A stretch of 39,079 nt of DNA from a virus (Duplodnaviria > Heunggongvirae > Uroviricota > Caudoviricetes): IMG/VR virus record IMGVR_UViG_2609459839_000001. One strand, 5' to 3'. Both the position numbers and the translations under genes were made by a program. Under the pieces are notes generated by a model. It saw nothing but the letters and a program-made list of their open reading frames with translations. It was not told the origin of the DNA and searched no databases. Of this stretch, positions 9,831 to 19,764 are shown one piece after another (the stretch's first letter is position 1; every line of letters begins with the position of its first letter).

Positions 9831-12800
9831 TACCGATATGCTCCACTTAACCGACCACCATCACGGGCCTGCTGTTGCATAAAGTCCGCTGCCGCTTTTT
9901 TCCCAAGGTCATAAACCACCTTCAGGGCAGCCGGACCTATCTGCCCGTTCGTGCCATCGTTATTGATCTCGATGTTGTACTGCGGGGCAAACATCGCCAT
10001 ACCTGAACCACCAATATCCGCCACAACCCCCAGCTTACCGTCAGCACCACGACGCAGTGGCAGAATGGCTTCAGGTCCAGCTTCCCCCATCACACCCGCG
10101 CCTTTTGCAAAAGCAAAAAACGTCGGACGGTTAACCACCGTGCCACTGTAACGACTCAAATCAGCAGACTGATAAATCCCCCCATTGGCATTCAGGGAAA
10201 GGCTGCTGAGATCAAATCCCAGTACACTGCCAATCCCTTTTATCGATTTCATCATGGTTGCCTGCGCCAGGATTTTCGCCATATCTGACAGCACCGAAGA
10301 GGTGAAGGATTTGAAGTTGAGTTTGCCGGTAGTGACAAAAGTTGCCAGGCCATTTCCCATGTTGCTGAAGGCTGACGAGAACACCTGTTCTGCTGTTCCT
10401 GCCGTATTGTCTGCATCCACGGTAAAATCCTGAAATGCACGCAGGACTCCGTTTTTCCAGTTACCCTGCACAACTTCAAGCTGTTGCCAGTAACGGCGAT
10501 TCTCATTCAGTTGTCGGTTCAGGCTCTCCGTCAGCGCCTGCTCGGCCTTTCTGTAGTCATCCGTGTTATATGTCCCTTTCTGCTCACTATCCCGCCTCAA
10601 CTGCTCCAGCTGTTGCTGGTATTTCTGGCGAAGACTCAGTTGTACCTGATATCGCTGCCTCTGCTGATCACCCATACCCACCGTGGCGATATCCAAGTCA
10701 TGTTGCTGACGCTGAGCGCGCTCTTCTTCAGCCAGTTGACTGGTCAGCTGAATTGTTTTTTTCTTCAGCTCGTTGAGTGCCGTCTGTTTCTGAAGCTCCT
10801 GCTGTTTTACATCCAGCAGCGTCAGTGCCTGAATCAGTTCATCTTTACGGGCCAGCACACTCTTTTCATCTGCCGTCAGTTTTTTCCCGTCCAGGTCGCT
10901 GATGCGCTGCTGCAGAGCCAGAAGCTGTTTATGCGCTTCTGTCATCTTTTCAGTGGCAATGCCTGCTGACTGTCTTGCAGCAGCAATCTGCCCTTCCACC
11001 TGTGCCTGTTGCTGACTGTACTGCAGCAATAACCGGGTGGCCTCATCATTACGGGTTTCGCGTGTTTTTTTCTTACCGGATGCCAGGGCTTTCTCGTAAC
11101 GTTCATTTTCACGTTGTATCGCCGCATCCCTGACAGCCTGGTCGGCGTACTGCATGGCATTAATACGCGCAATTTCACGCTGATGTCGTGCTGCTTCCGT
11201 TTCATTCATCCGGTTCAGTGCAGCATTTTCAGCATTACGTCGTTTCTGTTGCTCCTGATAATTCCGCTCTGCCTGCTCTTTTGCATCCTGCAAATCCTTC
11301 TGGCGTTTTTTCTCCTGAAGATCGTTAAGACGCTGCTGATCGTATTCAACCTGAGAAGATGATGCCGTCCAGGGGAGTCTTTTCGCCCGCGACACTTTCT
11401 CCTGTAAAGCGGCAATCTGTTCATCCAGCGAGTCTTTACGACCAATATTCATGGCCGCATCCCAGAAACGACTCCACAAATCAGACAGATACTTCAGCGT
11501 ACTGCCAAGCGCATTGAGGTTATTATCAATATCCGCAGTACGCCGACCGGTTTCCTCTGCCAGTGCAGACATGGCTATCCGTGCAGCATCACTGGACCGT
11601 CCCTGATCCCCAAGGACACGTATCTGCTCAAGCTGAGTGGCAGTAAGAAAATGCAGCTCATTGTCCAGAGCCTTCGCGGCATTTACAGGATCATCCTTCA
11701 GCCGCTTAAACTGATTTATGGTATCGCTGACCGACTGGCCAACCGATCGCTCCATCTGTGCGGCAGCTCTCGCCACCATACCGATATCGTTTCCACGAAA
11801 TGCACCACTCCCCACCACCTGAGCCAGCGCACCGGCTGCAGCATGTTGCGTGATACCATTCCCGGAAATAGCACGACTAAGCGTCCACAGCTGCCCGGCA
11901 GTGACTCCGGCATAATGCCCCGTCAGCGACAACTGGCGGTTAAATTCTTCCCCCTCCTTCTGACCGTCATACCAGGCTTTACCCAGACCATAGACGGCCG
12001 CGGCAATACCGCCAATAACCCCGCCCAGCATCATGCCTTTCGGTGACATCAGTGTGTCTATCCATCCGGCACGGTTAGCCAGCGTTATCCCGGATCCCCT
12101 CAGCGCACCTAAATTGCCGCGGGCCAGTTCACCTATCAGAACGCCTATCTCCTGGCGGGCCGCTGCACTTTTCAGACCCAGCGAATGCGTGGCTTTTCCT
12201 GCCTGCTCCATTTTGCGGATATACACTTCTGCAGCACTGCTTACCCCCAGCTGGGCAGCCTTAGCACGAAGCAACTCAGAAGAAGAAAGATTCTGGCGGG
12301 TTGCCTGCTCTTTAAGCTGACGGATAAACGCCACTTTCTGTCGGGTAGCCTCTTCCTCAGCCTGTGTAAGAACACGGGTTTTCGCCGTAACCTCAGAAAT
12401 CAGCGCCAGATAATCCTGCTGACCAATCCCGCCACTGTTTCTGGCCTGTCGGATCTGCTGCTGAATACGCTGTAATTCCTGCAGCCCCGCGCTGGCCTGT
12501 TTCACACTGTCAATCTGACGATAAAACGCAGCAGCCGCTTTATCCTGAGCCTCCGCCAGAGCCATGGCCTGCGCCTGTTCATCGCGCATTTTCTGGCTCA
12601 GCGCCTCCATGCGCTGGCGGGTTTTCTCCACCTCGCGGGCCATGCGTTCATGAGCCTGTGCGTTCTTCTCCACCGTCTGCGCATGGACGGAGGCGGCTGT
12701 TGCAGCCGAAGAAGCCGCCTGCGTTGTCTGCCGGGCGGCCTGAGTCTGACGCTCCATAAAACGCTGCATACGGGCAGAAGACCGTTCTGCATCGCTGGCG

Positions 12801-12895
12801 GCACCATTCAGAAGGTTTTTGATACGGGGAATTTCATTTTTAAACTCTGCCGCATCAATCCCCAAATCAATGACCAGGTTGGCTATCTGGTCCAT
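9830..12895 (-). CDS. H: tail tape measure protein H
   Basis: ~1020 aa, long coiled-coil/Gln-Ala-Arg-rich centre, Gly-rich C-terminal region; ATG at 12895 preceded by GGAGG (table ORF starts at upstream TTG). Confidence 0.9.
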   Translation of the reverse strand: MDQIANLVIDLGIDAAEFKNEIPRIKNLLNGAASDAERSSARMQRFMERQTQAARQTTQAASSAATAASVHAQTVEKNAQAHERMAREVEKTRQRMEALSQKMRDEQAQAMALAEAQDKAAAAFYRQIDSVKQASAGLQELQRIQQQIRQARNSGGIGQQDYLALISEVTAKTRVLTQAEEEATRQKVAFIRQLKEQATRQNLSSSELLRAKAAQLGVSSAAEVYIRKMEQAGKATHSLGLKSAAARQEIGVLIGELARGNLGALRGSGITLANRAGWIDTLMSPKGMMLGGVIGGIAAAVYGLGKAWYDGQKEGEEFNRQLSLTGHYAGVTAGQLWTLSRAISGNGITQHAAAGALAQVVGSGAFRGNDIGMVARAAAQMERSVGQSVSDTINQFKRLKDDPVNAAKALDNELHFLTATQLEQIRVLGDQGRSSDAARIAMSALAEETGRRTADIDNNLNALGSTLKYLSDLWSRFWDAAMNIGRKDSLDEQIAALQEKVSRAKRLPWTASSSQVEYDQQRLNDLQEKKRQKDLQDAKEQAERNYQEQQKRRNAENAALNRMNETEAARHQREIARINAMQYADQAVRDAAIQRENERYEKALASGKKKTRETRNDEATRLLLQYSQQQAQVEGQIAAARQSAGIATEKMTEAHKQLLALQQRISDLDGKKLTADEKSVLARKDELIQALTLLDVKQQELQKQTALNELKKKTIQLTSQLAEEERAQRQQHDLDIATVGMGDQQRQRYQVQLSLRQKYQQQLEQLRRDSEQKGTYNTDDYRKAEQALTESLNRQLNENRRYWQQLEVVQGNWKNGVLRAFQDFTVDADNTAGTAEQVFSSAFSNMGNGLATFVTTGKLNFKSFTSSVLSDMAKILAQATMMKSIKGIGSVLGFDLSSLSLNANGGIYQSADLSRYSGTVVNRPTFFAFAKGAGVMGEAGPEAILPLRRGADGKLGVVADIGGSGMAMFAPQYNIEINNDGTNGQIGPAALKVVYDLGKKAAADFMQQQARDGGRLSGAYR

Positions 12896-13217
12896 AACGC
12901 ACACCTCCGGAAATACCTTCTCCAAGATGCATCAGTTCTTCGTCCGTTCGCTCCGGTATCTCGTTCTCTTCCGGTAAAAGGCTGAAATCAGCCACCGCAG
13001 CATCACTGCTGCCGGACACCATTCTCACGATCAATGCCTTCAGCGAGGCAAACTGCGCATCCATCCACACATCACTGAAGCTCTGCATCCGGAAATAATC
13101 GCCCCACTCACCAAGCTCAGTGGCCGACATTTCCGACAGCATCCGCCGCCAGTCTGCCCGCCGGAACTCCCGGGCAAGCCGCATGACAAACTGCATTTCC
13201 CGCGTCAGGACTTTTCC
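12867..13217 (-). CDS. T: T-frame extension of tail assembly chaperone G-T (made by -1 frameshift from G)
   Basis: ORF in -1 frame relative to G, open upstream through the G stop; lambda G-T paradigm. Confidence 0.75.
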   Translation of the reverse strand, partial: GKVLTREMQFVMRLAREFRRADWRRMLSEMSATELGEWGDYFRMQSFSDVWMDAQFASLKALIVRMVSGSSDAAVADFSLLPEENEIPERTDEELMHLGEGISGGVRYGPDSQPGH

Positions 13218-13594
13218 GGCGTCAGCGCCTCATGCTCATCATCCCCGGCATTATCAATGGCCCCCATACCGCTCAGCGACAGAACCATCTCCGCCCCCGC
13301 ACCCAGGGCATCATACGACCATGTTGTAATAACGGATGCGCAAAGCGTCTCTACATCCTTAGACTGATCCGCATTCCACAGTGAGCGGGAAACCAGCCAG
13401 GCATTGATATCCATCCCCATCCGCAGAAAAGCAATCTGTCGTTCAGCCTCCGGCAGTTCTCCCTCCCCGGCATCAAACTTTGCCGTTCGCTGCTGAACAA
13501 ACGCCAGATATTCAATTCTCTGCAGCCCGGACAGCTCACTGAGCACCACGGACTGTTTTTCATAATTAAACGTGCCCTGTTTCAGAAACATCAT
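13205..13594 (-). CDS. G: tail assembly chaperone G
   Basis: MMFLKQ... resembles lambda gpG (MFLK...); ATG 13594 preceded by GGTGGAG. Confidence 0.85.
   Translation of the reverse strand: MMFLKQGTFNYEKQSVVLSELSGLQRIEYLAFVQQRTAKFDAGEGELPEAERQIAFLRMGMDINAWLVSRSLWNADQSKDVETLCASVITTWSYDALGAGAEMVLSLSGMGAIDNAGDDEHEALTPEKS
13211..13217 (-). promoter_or_regulatory. candidate -1 programmed frameshift heptamer G GAA AAG (minus strand), 4-10 nt before the G stop
   Basis: G frame ...CTG ACG CCG GAA AAG TCC TGA; T frame open through this site; differs from lambda G GGA AAG. Confidence 0.5.
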
Positions 13595-13651
13595 GTTCTC
13601 CACCTGCAAAAAAGCCCCGGATAACCGGGGCAAATGATGAGTATCGTCCTG

Positions 13652-14395
13652 TTAACCTGCGGCGCTGACAGCCACCGTAGCCACTGCCACAAAATTCCCG
13701 TCAGCGGTCATGCCCACAATGCTGACACTGCCCTGCTTCACGCCTTTTACCGTGGCCACAAGTCCGTTCAGGGTAACCGTGGCAGTCTGTGGATCTGACG
13801 AATGCACACTGATCGCTTTGTCACTGGCTCCGTCAGGTTTTACTGTAAAGGTCAGCGTGGTGGTTGCTCCCACTTTTACACTGGCAGACGCCGGTGATAC
13901 TGTCAGCCCGGTAACGCTCACGGTTTCAGTGCCTTCCTCTGCCAGATACGGACGCCCCACACCGCTGATTTTCACAGTGCGGGTCATCACGTCTTTTGAG
14001 GCAATGGTTTTACCCAGTGAGCTCAGCCAGCCACGGAAAACATCAACAGTGCCGTTGGGATATTTGATACGAAACGCGCAGACTTCACCGGAGTCGAACA
14101 ACTGAACCAGTTTTTTCTGCCCGCTGTCACCCGGACGCCAGGCCAGCGTCGCCGAAGTATCACCAACGGATTTCTGCCCCTGGGTTGTCGTTTTCCAGTC
14201 TGCATCTTCATCATCGAGATAAGTGTCATCTTCTGCATCAGCGGTCATTTCGCCAGGTTGCAGATCCTTCACCATCGCAAGACGCAGCCAGTCAGTGTCC
14301 GACAAAGGGTTCGCAAACGCATCGCCGTTGCCGGTATACATCCAGAACGTCGTCCCCGCACCTTTCGTCTTTGCCAGTGGATTTGGTGTGGTCAT
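13652..14395 (-). CDS. V: major tail protein V (with C-terminal Ig-like domain)
   Basis: MTTPNPLAKTKGAGTTFWMYTGNGD...DDEDADW matches lambda gpV; ATG 14395 preceded by AAGGAGGTGG. Confidence 0.9.
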   Translation of the reverse strand: MTTPNPLAKTKGAGTTFWMYTGNGDAFANPLSDTDWLRLAMVKDLQPGEMTADAEDDTYLDDEDADWKTTTQGQKSVGDTSATLAWRPGDSGQKKLVQLFDSGEVCAFRIKYPNGTVDVFRGWLSSLGKTIASKDVMTRTVKISGVGRPYLAEEGTETVSVTGLTVSPASASVKVGATTTLTFTVKPDGASDKAISVHSSDPQTATVTLNGLVATVKGVKQGSVSIVGMTADGNFVAVATVAVSAAG

Positions 14396-14405
14396 TACCA
14401 CCTCC

Positions 14406-14807
14406 TTAATTCGTGTACGTGATCTGGTACGTGATTTCCGCCATCGCCCAGGTGGCCATCTCATTATCACGTTGATAGTTAAAACCGAGTGGGATCAGGG
14501 TGTCGATGAGTCCGGAAAGTGCCGGTATATCATTCAGGGCAGGGAAAATGGTGCTCTCCATCCACATATCCAGCTCTGAATCCGGTGCCTGTGCCCGGAT
14601 GAAGACGGCAATATGCAGAACAGCCTGCCAGTCATCTTCATCCGTCATTTTTCCGGTGTACTGAGCATCACTCAGCCACACCGCCACGGCAGGCAGTTCC
14701 TGCGCATCAATAAATGCCGGAAGCCCGTCAAAAAACGTGGCGCTGTCTCCACACTGTTCCCGAAGGCGTGCCAGTACGGCCTGGCGGATTTGTGTATGTC
14801 GGTTCAT
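14406..14807 (-). CDS. U: tail terminator protein U
   Basis: ATFFDG...PAVAVWL...WMES...DIPALS motifs as in lambda gpU; ATG 14807 overlaps Z stop (ATGA). Confidence 0.9.
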   Translation of the reverse strand: MNRHTQIRQAVLARLREQCGDSATFFDGLPAFIDAQELPAVAVWLSDAQYTGKMTDEDDWQAVLHIAVFIRAQAPDSELDMWMESTIFPALNDIPALSGLIDTLIPLGFNYQRDNEMATWAMAEITYQITYTN

Positions 14808-15382
14808 CGGGTCAGCCATAACCTCAGTTGTTGTTTTAGTGCATACCCCAGCTGTTTCGGCATTTCCGCAGCAATGATGTGGTCGCGGGCATCTTCAAAT
14901 GCCTGTGTCAGCGGTCCGGACAGCCGGATTTTCACCACATCAATGGGGTAACGATTTTTGCCATCAATACGTCGCATCACATGCCAGCGACCATTCGCCA
15001 GTTGCTGAATAAACGCATCCCGGAAAAGATATTTACCCACCTTCAGCACACTGCCACGGTACTGCAGTTTTCCACCACGCCGGGCCAGTCTGACCCGGGC
15101 TGTCCCCAGCTTAATGGCGGGCAGATTGCCCCGGTTAACGCGGATCCTGGCCGTCATTTTTCCTGACGGACTGGCTTTAAACACCCGGACACGCTGTCGT
15201 ACCAGTTTCAGGGGGATCCCTTTCACCTGGTTATCTCCCGCAACGGTATTCCCGGCAACCTGCCGGGTGGCAACCGAGACCGCTTTCTGTGCCACACGGT
15301 TTATCGCCCATGCGCTGGCCTGTGGCACCATACGGGTATCAAGGCTGTTCAGATTGCGGATGGCATTCTCAAGCCCCTTCAT
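14804..15382 (-). CDS. Z: tail completion protein Z
   Basis: 192 aa, MKGLENAIRNLNSL... as lambda gpZ. Confidence 0.9.
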   Translation of the reverse strand: MKGLENAIRNLNSLDTRMVPQASAWAINRVAQKAVSVATRQVAGNTVAGDNQVKGIPLKLVRQRVRVFKASPSGKMTARIRVNRGNLPAIKLGTARVRLARRGGKLQYRGSVLKVGKYLFRDAFIQQLANGRWHVMRRIDGKNRYPIDVVKIRLSGPLTQAFEDARDHIIAAEMPKQLGYALKQQLRLWLTR

Positions 15383-15393
15383 CCCACACCTCT

Positions 15394-15669
15394 TTACTCA
15401 ATAAAGATCATTGGCTTACCGTTAAAACGTTCATGCCGTGTGACCGTCCATTGTTGTCCGTCATAAACAACGCGATCCCCGCGCCGTGGGCGGTATCCCG
15501 AAGAAAACACCACCAGAGAGACCGCAGGTCCGGACAGAGCATTCAGCTCTGCCAGTGTTTCTCCCGGGATCACAGTCATATCGACATCATTAATCGAGGC
15601 TGTCTTTCCCATCTTTCTGACCGTGATCGCATCCATACGCGCTGCCAGCCGGGAAAAGGGATCAGACAT
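15394..15669 (-). CDS. head-tail joining protein (FII-like)
   Basis: 91 aa, RRGD motif region resembling lambda gpFII; position between head and tail modules. Confidence 0.6.
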   Translation of the reverse strand: MSDPFSRLAARMDAITVRKMGKTASINDVDMTVIPGETLAELNALSGPAVSLVVFSSGYRPRRGDRVVYDGQQWTVTRHERFNGKPMIFIE

Positions 15670-15985
15670 TGAGTTTTACCGGCACTTCTTCTGCACTGGT
15701 TCCGGCATCTGCCCAGACAACCCCGACCAGCGGATCAGAGCCGCTGTTAGTCAGCTGAACTTTTCCTGACTTCAGATAAACCTTCTTACCCGTTTTCATG
15801 TCATCCGTTTTCAGCTTAGGCAGCATAAACACACCTTCGGTTATGCCGTCGCCTGTTTCTCCCTGTGGAATATCGGTCAGCGCCACCGCAAAAACATCAC
15901 CCACCTGCACCAGATCTCCGCTGCTGATGGCTGCACTGGCAACAATCGCCACCGTTTTTCCTTCTTCTACAAAATTCTTTGCCAT
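15662..15985 (-). CDS. DUF2190-like head protein (Gifsy-2 'ATP-binding sugar transporter-like' family)
   Basis: 107 aa starting MAKNFVEEGKT; ATG 15985 preceded by GGAGA; follows capsid gene. Confidence 0.6.
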   Translation of the reverse strand: MAKNFVEEGKTVAIVASAAISSGDLVQVGDVFAVALTDIPQGETGDGITEGVFMLPKLKTDDMKTGKKVYLKSGKVQLTNSGSDPLVGVVWADAGTSAEEVPVKLNV

Positions 15986-16028
15986 AACTGTCTCCGCACA
16001 GCCCCGTTCAGGGGCTGATTTCAGGTAC

Positions 16029-16047
16029 AAAAAAAGCCCTTACGGGC
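16029..16047 (-). terminator. weak hairpin + T7 tract after capsid gene (possible attenuator)
   Basis: GCCC ttac GGGC followed by TTTTTTT on minus strand. Confidence 0.3.
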
Positions 16048-16071
16048 CATCAGAGTTGTTGTCTGCGACGT

Positions 16072-18030
16072 TTACGCCGTACATTTCACCAGGCCGCGGT
16101 GATCAACTGGCGCAACACCAGCGTCAATACGCACTTTCGTTGTCACGCCATCCACACTGAAGCCCTCCATCTGATCAATATATGGCGTATCCACACCGTT
16201 GAGATAAGCCACTTCAATCGTATCGGAGCCTTTGGACGCAGCCAGGTAGAAGGTGGTCTGGCTGTTATCATCAAGACGAGGCTCTGCAATAACGGTCGCA
16301 AAATCTTTCACCGGGTTAATAATACCGGCGTTAATGTCAGCCCCCTTGACACTTGAGGAGCGAATGACCTGGTTAGCAACAGACTCCATCGCCGTCGGTA
16401 CCAGTACGAACGCAGGACGAATATTCAGATGACGCTCACCCTCTTTCTGAACGCGCATCAACTGGCGGGCTTTATCCAGCGATGCCACGTCCATTGCCGC
16501 GCTCTCCAGTACGTTTGCATGTTTCGCTTTATCGAACAGACTTACATTATCTGTGGAGATTTTCGGGTTAGACGTCAGAATGGCATAAACCAGATCGGCA
16601 ATAGTGGATTTCGCCGCACGGCCCAGCTTCATCGGGACATCGGTCAGCATATTCAGATCATCATTGATAATGGCCTGACGGGTGATACTGAACAGCTCGC
16701 CATAGGTCGCCAGTGCAATAGTGGCCTGTTTATCTCCGGTGGTGACGTATTTATATTCTGCCCCTTCACGCACCTGACGCAGAGCATTGAAGCCCCCCAT
16801 ACCCACACGATGGGCAATTTTAAAATCAGACAACTGACCTTTCCGCGTCCACTGTTCATAGGTTTCAGGGGCATCTTCCCAGCCCTGCAGAATGGCTTTG
16901 TTCGCAACATCCAGCAGAATATTACCGAAGTCAGACGTACTGTGTGTGAACGCCGCACCGACCATCTGCATCGGGTTATAACTGGAAACACCAATACCAC
17001 GTTCAGTCAGTGACATACGGGCATATTCACGCAGGGTCATCCCGTTGTAGACATTATCACGTTCAGTTTTTTCAAACCCGGCGCGCGCCATCAGCGCCTG
17101 GCGGATCCCGTCCCCCACAAAATTACCGTTACCGGCATAAATATGAGCCGGGGTATTTTTATTGGATGGCGTGGACTCGCGCCCCATCTCGTTCAACAGC
17201 TTTTCGCGGGCCTGCTCCAGCGAACATTCAGGATCGGCAAGACACTGAGCCTGCAACGACTGATAACGCCCGCCAAACATGGCAAACAGATCATTAATAC
17301 CGTTTACACGCGCTTTTTGCTCTGCCAGGACCTGCGCACGGATGCTGTTTTCATCCACCACGGGTGCTGCTGCCTGCACTGGCGTCCGGGAGGCTGCAGG
17401 TCCATCATCCTGTACGCGTGGAGCACTGTTGCGTGGCGGAGTAATCATATTTCGAATGGATTCCGGCATCTTTTTAAATTCCTCTGTACGTTTTGACTGA
17501 ATACATGCCATTGCCTTAACGGCTGGTGTCACCTGATCAGCAAATCCCTGTGCCAGACATTCGGCACCGGACATCCAGGTCTCATCCGCCAGCATGGCAG
17601 CAATTTCATCGGTGGTTTTCCCGGTTCTCTGTGCATAAGCGGGTAACAGAACCGCCTCAACTTTATCGAGCAGGTCGGCATAGGTGCGCATGTCCTCCGC
17701 ATCACCGCCCGTAAAGCCAAATGGTTTATGAATCATCATGAAGGAGTTTTCCGGCATAATGACCGGGTTTCCCACCATCGCAATGACCGACGCCATTGAC
17801 GCCGCCACACCGTCGACATAAACGGTAATGGACGCACCATGTGTTTTCAGTGCATTAAAAATGGCGATGCCTTCAAAGACATCGCCACCCGGTGAATTAA
17901 TATGGAGATTAATGTGGGTGATATCGCCCAGTGCATTCAGATCACTGATAAACTGCTTCGCCGTAACACCCCAGAAACCAATCTCGTCATAAATATAAAT
18001 ATCCGCGTCACTCTGGTGACCTGCCTGCAT
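16072..18030 (-). CDS. prohead protease (ClpP/S14-like) fused to HK97-fold major capsid protein
   Basis: N-terminal ClpP-like region (INSPGGDVFEGIAIFNAL...MIHKP), C-terminal capsid-like region; ATG 18030 is 14 nt after portal stop; table ORF start (18291) would overlap portal. Confidence 0.85.
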   Translation of the reverse strand: MQAGHQSDADIYIYDEIGFWGVTAKQFISDLNALGDITHINLHINSPGGDVFEGIAIFNALKTHGASITVYVDGVAASMASVIAMVGNPVIMPENSFMMIHKPFGFTGGDAEDMRTYADLLDKVEAVLLPAYAQRTGKTTDEIAAMLADETWMSGAECLAQGFADQVTPAVKAMACIQSKRTEEFKKMPESIRNMITPPRNSAPRVQDDGPAASRTPVQAAAPVVDENSIRAQVLAEQKARVNGINDLFAMFGGRYQSLQAQCLADPECSLEQAREKLLNEMGRESTPSNKNTPAHIYAGNGNFVGDGIRQALMARAGFEKTERDNVYNGMTLREYARMSLTERGIGVSSYNPMQMVGAAFTHSTSDFGNILLDVANKAILQGWEDAPETYEQWTRKGQLSDFKIAHRVGMGGFNALRQVREGAEYKYVTTGDKQATIALATYGELFSITRQAIINDDLNMLTDVPMKLGRAAKSTIADLVYAILTSNPKISTDNVSLFDKAKHANVLESAAMDVASLDKARQLMRVQKEGERHLNIRPAFVLVPTAMESVANQVIRSSSVKGADINAGIINPVKDFATVIAEPRLDDNSQTTFYLAASKGSDTIEVAYLNGVDTPYIDQMEGFSVDGVTTKVRIDAGVAPVDHRGLVKCTA

Positions 18031-18043
18031 CCTGAACCAGGAA

Positions 18044-19552
18044 TTATTCTTCGGACTGGTCGTCGGTGTGCTGCGGCTCCTGTCGTTTCGTTGCGGCACT
18101 GCTGCCTCCTTTATCACTGGCCGGATCGGTATCAAATACCAGATCCAGCTTGCGGTTTTCATCAATTTCGGCCTTGCGCCGACGTTTGACATCATCTGGA
18201 TTACGACCACCTGCACGTACCCAGTCTGATTCTGTCGCCGCTCCACCACGAATCTGAATTTTCCAGGCCTCAGCCTCCTTAACAGGGTCAATCCACGGCA
18301 TCACCGGTCCGGAATACACCGCGGTATACAGTGAAGATCGGTCCAGATCGCGGGGTAGCCTGATAACACCGGATGCCACAGCCTGTTTCAGCCAGGCACG
18401 GTACATCGGGCGGGTGACGGCACCAATAAACCAGTCCTGCAGGATCAGGTAGCCATCAGTAGATTCAACCAGCTCCTGACGCTGGGCGCTGTAAGTGCCG
18501 TTATAGTTGCGCGCTGTACTGGAAAAACTCAGACGACTGCCCGCAGCCACAGCACGCAACTGACCATTACGAAAAGTTTCAAGGTTAGGATTGGGGCGAT
18601 CCGACTTCACCATTCCGATTTCTTCGCCGGGTTTCAGATCGTCGTAAATAATGCCTGGCTGAATGGTAAGCTCGCGTTCATTCTCCTTGCTGTCATTACC
18701 ATCCGTTTCATAGCTCTGTCCGTCGCCTTTCCGGATGTACATCCCCAGAGCAGCGGCGATCCTTGCTGCAGTCAGCTCAGAATCTTCATACTCTTTCAGA
18801 GCACTGAGGCGGATCAGCACACCGGACAACAAAGACGTCCCGCGCATCTGGTGCAGACGGCGAACAAATTTAAGATGCAGCATTCGCTCTGCATCCACTT
18901 CTTTGGTTTCCATCTGCCGCCCGGATACGGGACGGCTTTTATACACCAGATATTTTTCGGGACGCCCCCAGTCATCAACAAACACGCCCTGATTCAGCCT
19001 GTTGCTCTCATCACTGGTCATGGGAATAAAGTCCGGCTCGAGCGCCTCCAGCCAGAAATGAACACCGGCAGAAGGCGTCAGGCTGTTTATGCGCCCGGAA
19101 ACCATCTGGGCAAACACCTCACCATCGCGCAGCCAGGTACGCAGCATCAGACGTTCCAGCATCGGACGGGTAAACTGCCCGGTGACCTCCGGACTGACAG
19201 ACCATTCACTCCATCGGGTGCGTATCTCCGCTGCCAGATCACGGGCAATGGCCCCATTGCGTAATACCGGATGTGGCTCGACAATAATCCCGTTTTTCCC
19301 CACCACCCGTTCTTCCAGCTTGTCAAATACACCAATGACCAGATCGTGGTTGTTATCAAGGTAACGGGCCTGCTCACGTAACGACACGGCCCCGTACTGG
19401 CTTAACTGATCGGCAGTTCGGTTCTCCCGTCGGGCTTTGTGTGTCCGCGTCGTTTTTACGGCCTCATAAGCCTGGATCACCGCACGGGAACGCAGCCTTG
19501 CCGCTTTCCATCCTGGTGAAAAAACGCCAATCACATCATCAAGAATTGCCAT
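18044..19552 (-). CDS. B: portal protein
   Basis: ~502 aa; ATG 19552 overlaps W stop (ATGA); position after terminase/W. Confidence 0.9.
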   Translation of the reverse strand: MAILDDVIGVFSPGWKAARLRSRAVIQAYEAVKTTRTHKARRENRTADQLSQYGAVSLREQARYLDNNHDLVIGVFDKLEERVVGKNGIIVEPHPVLRNGAIARDLAAEIRTRWSEWSVSPEVTGQFTRPMLERLMLRTWLRDGEVFAQMVSGRINSLTPSAGVHFWLEALEPDFIPMTSDESNRLNQGVFVDDWGRPEKYLVYKSRPVSGRQMETKEVDAERMLHLKFVRRLHQMRGTSLLSGVLIRLSALKEYEDSELTAARIAAALGMYIRKGDGQSYETDGNDSKENERELTIQPGIIYDDLKPGEEIGMVKSDRPNPNLETFRNGQLRAVAAGSRLSFSSTARNYNGTYSAQRQELVESTDGYLILQDWFIGAVTRPMYRAWLKQAVASGVIRLPRDLDRSSLYTAVYSGPVMPWIDPVKEAEAWKIQIRGGAATESDWVRAGGRNPDDVKRRRKAEIDENRKLDLVFDTDPASDKGGSSAATKRQEPQHTDDQSEE

Positions 19553-19764
19553 CAGAACCTCGCCAGCCGGTACCCGGGATGCCCCCGTCGTCGTGTAATC
19601 AGAGCCGCAAGGCGGCGCTCCCACTCCTGCCGCCCCTGCCGGATCTCAGATAAGTTTTCCATGGTCATCTGCTGACCATTAAAAGTGACGGATTTTCCGT
19701 CCAGCACCGCCATTTCAGCTTCCGTATAACGCTGAATCATGGCTTCGATATCATTCTGGTTCAT
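19552..19764 (-). CDS. W: head-tail joining protein W-like
   Basis: 70 aa ending ...RRRGHPGYRLARF, like lambda gpW ...RRRGPAGFYV; ATG overlaps terminase stop. Confidence 0.75.
   Translation of the reverse strand: MNQNDIEAMIQRYTEAEMAVLDGKSVTFNGQQMTMENLSEIRQGRQEWERRLAALITRRRGHPGYRLARF

Noticed and set aside
10484-10969. Plus-strand ORFs (161 aa and neighbours) inside tape measure gene H
   Set aside because: Antisense to H; Leu/Gln-rich mirror of the coiled-coil coding sequence.
16001-16015. Hairpin GCCCC gttca GGGGC upstream of the DUF2190 gene
   Set aside because: No U-tract on either strand; overlaps the SD region, so more likely translational context than a terminator.
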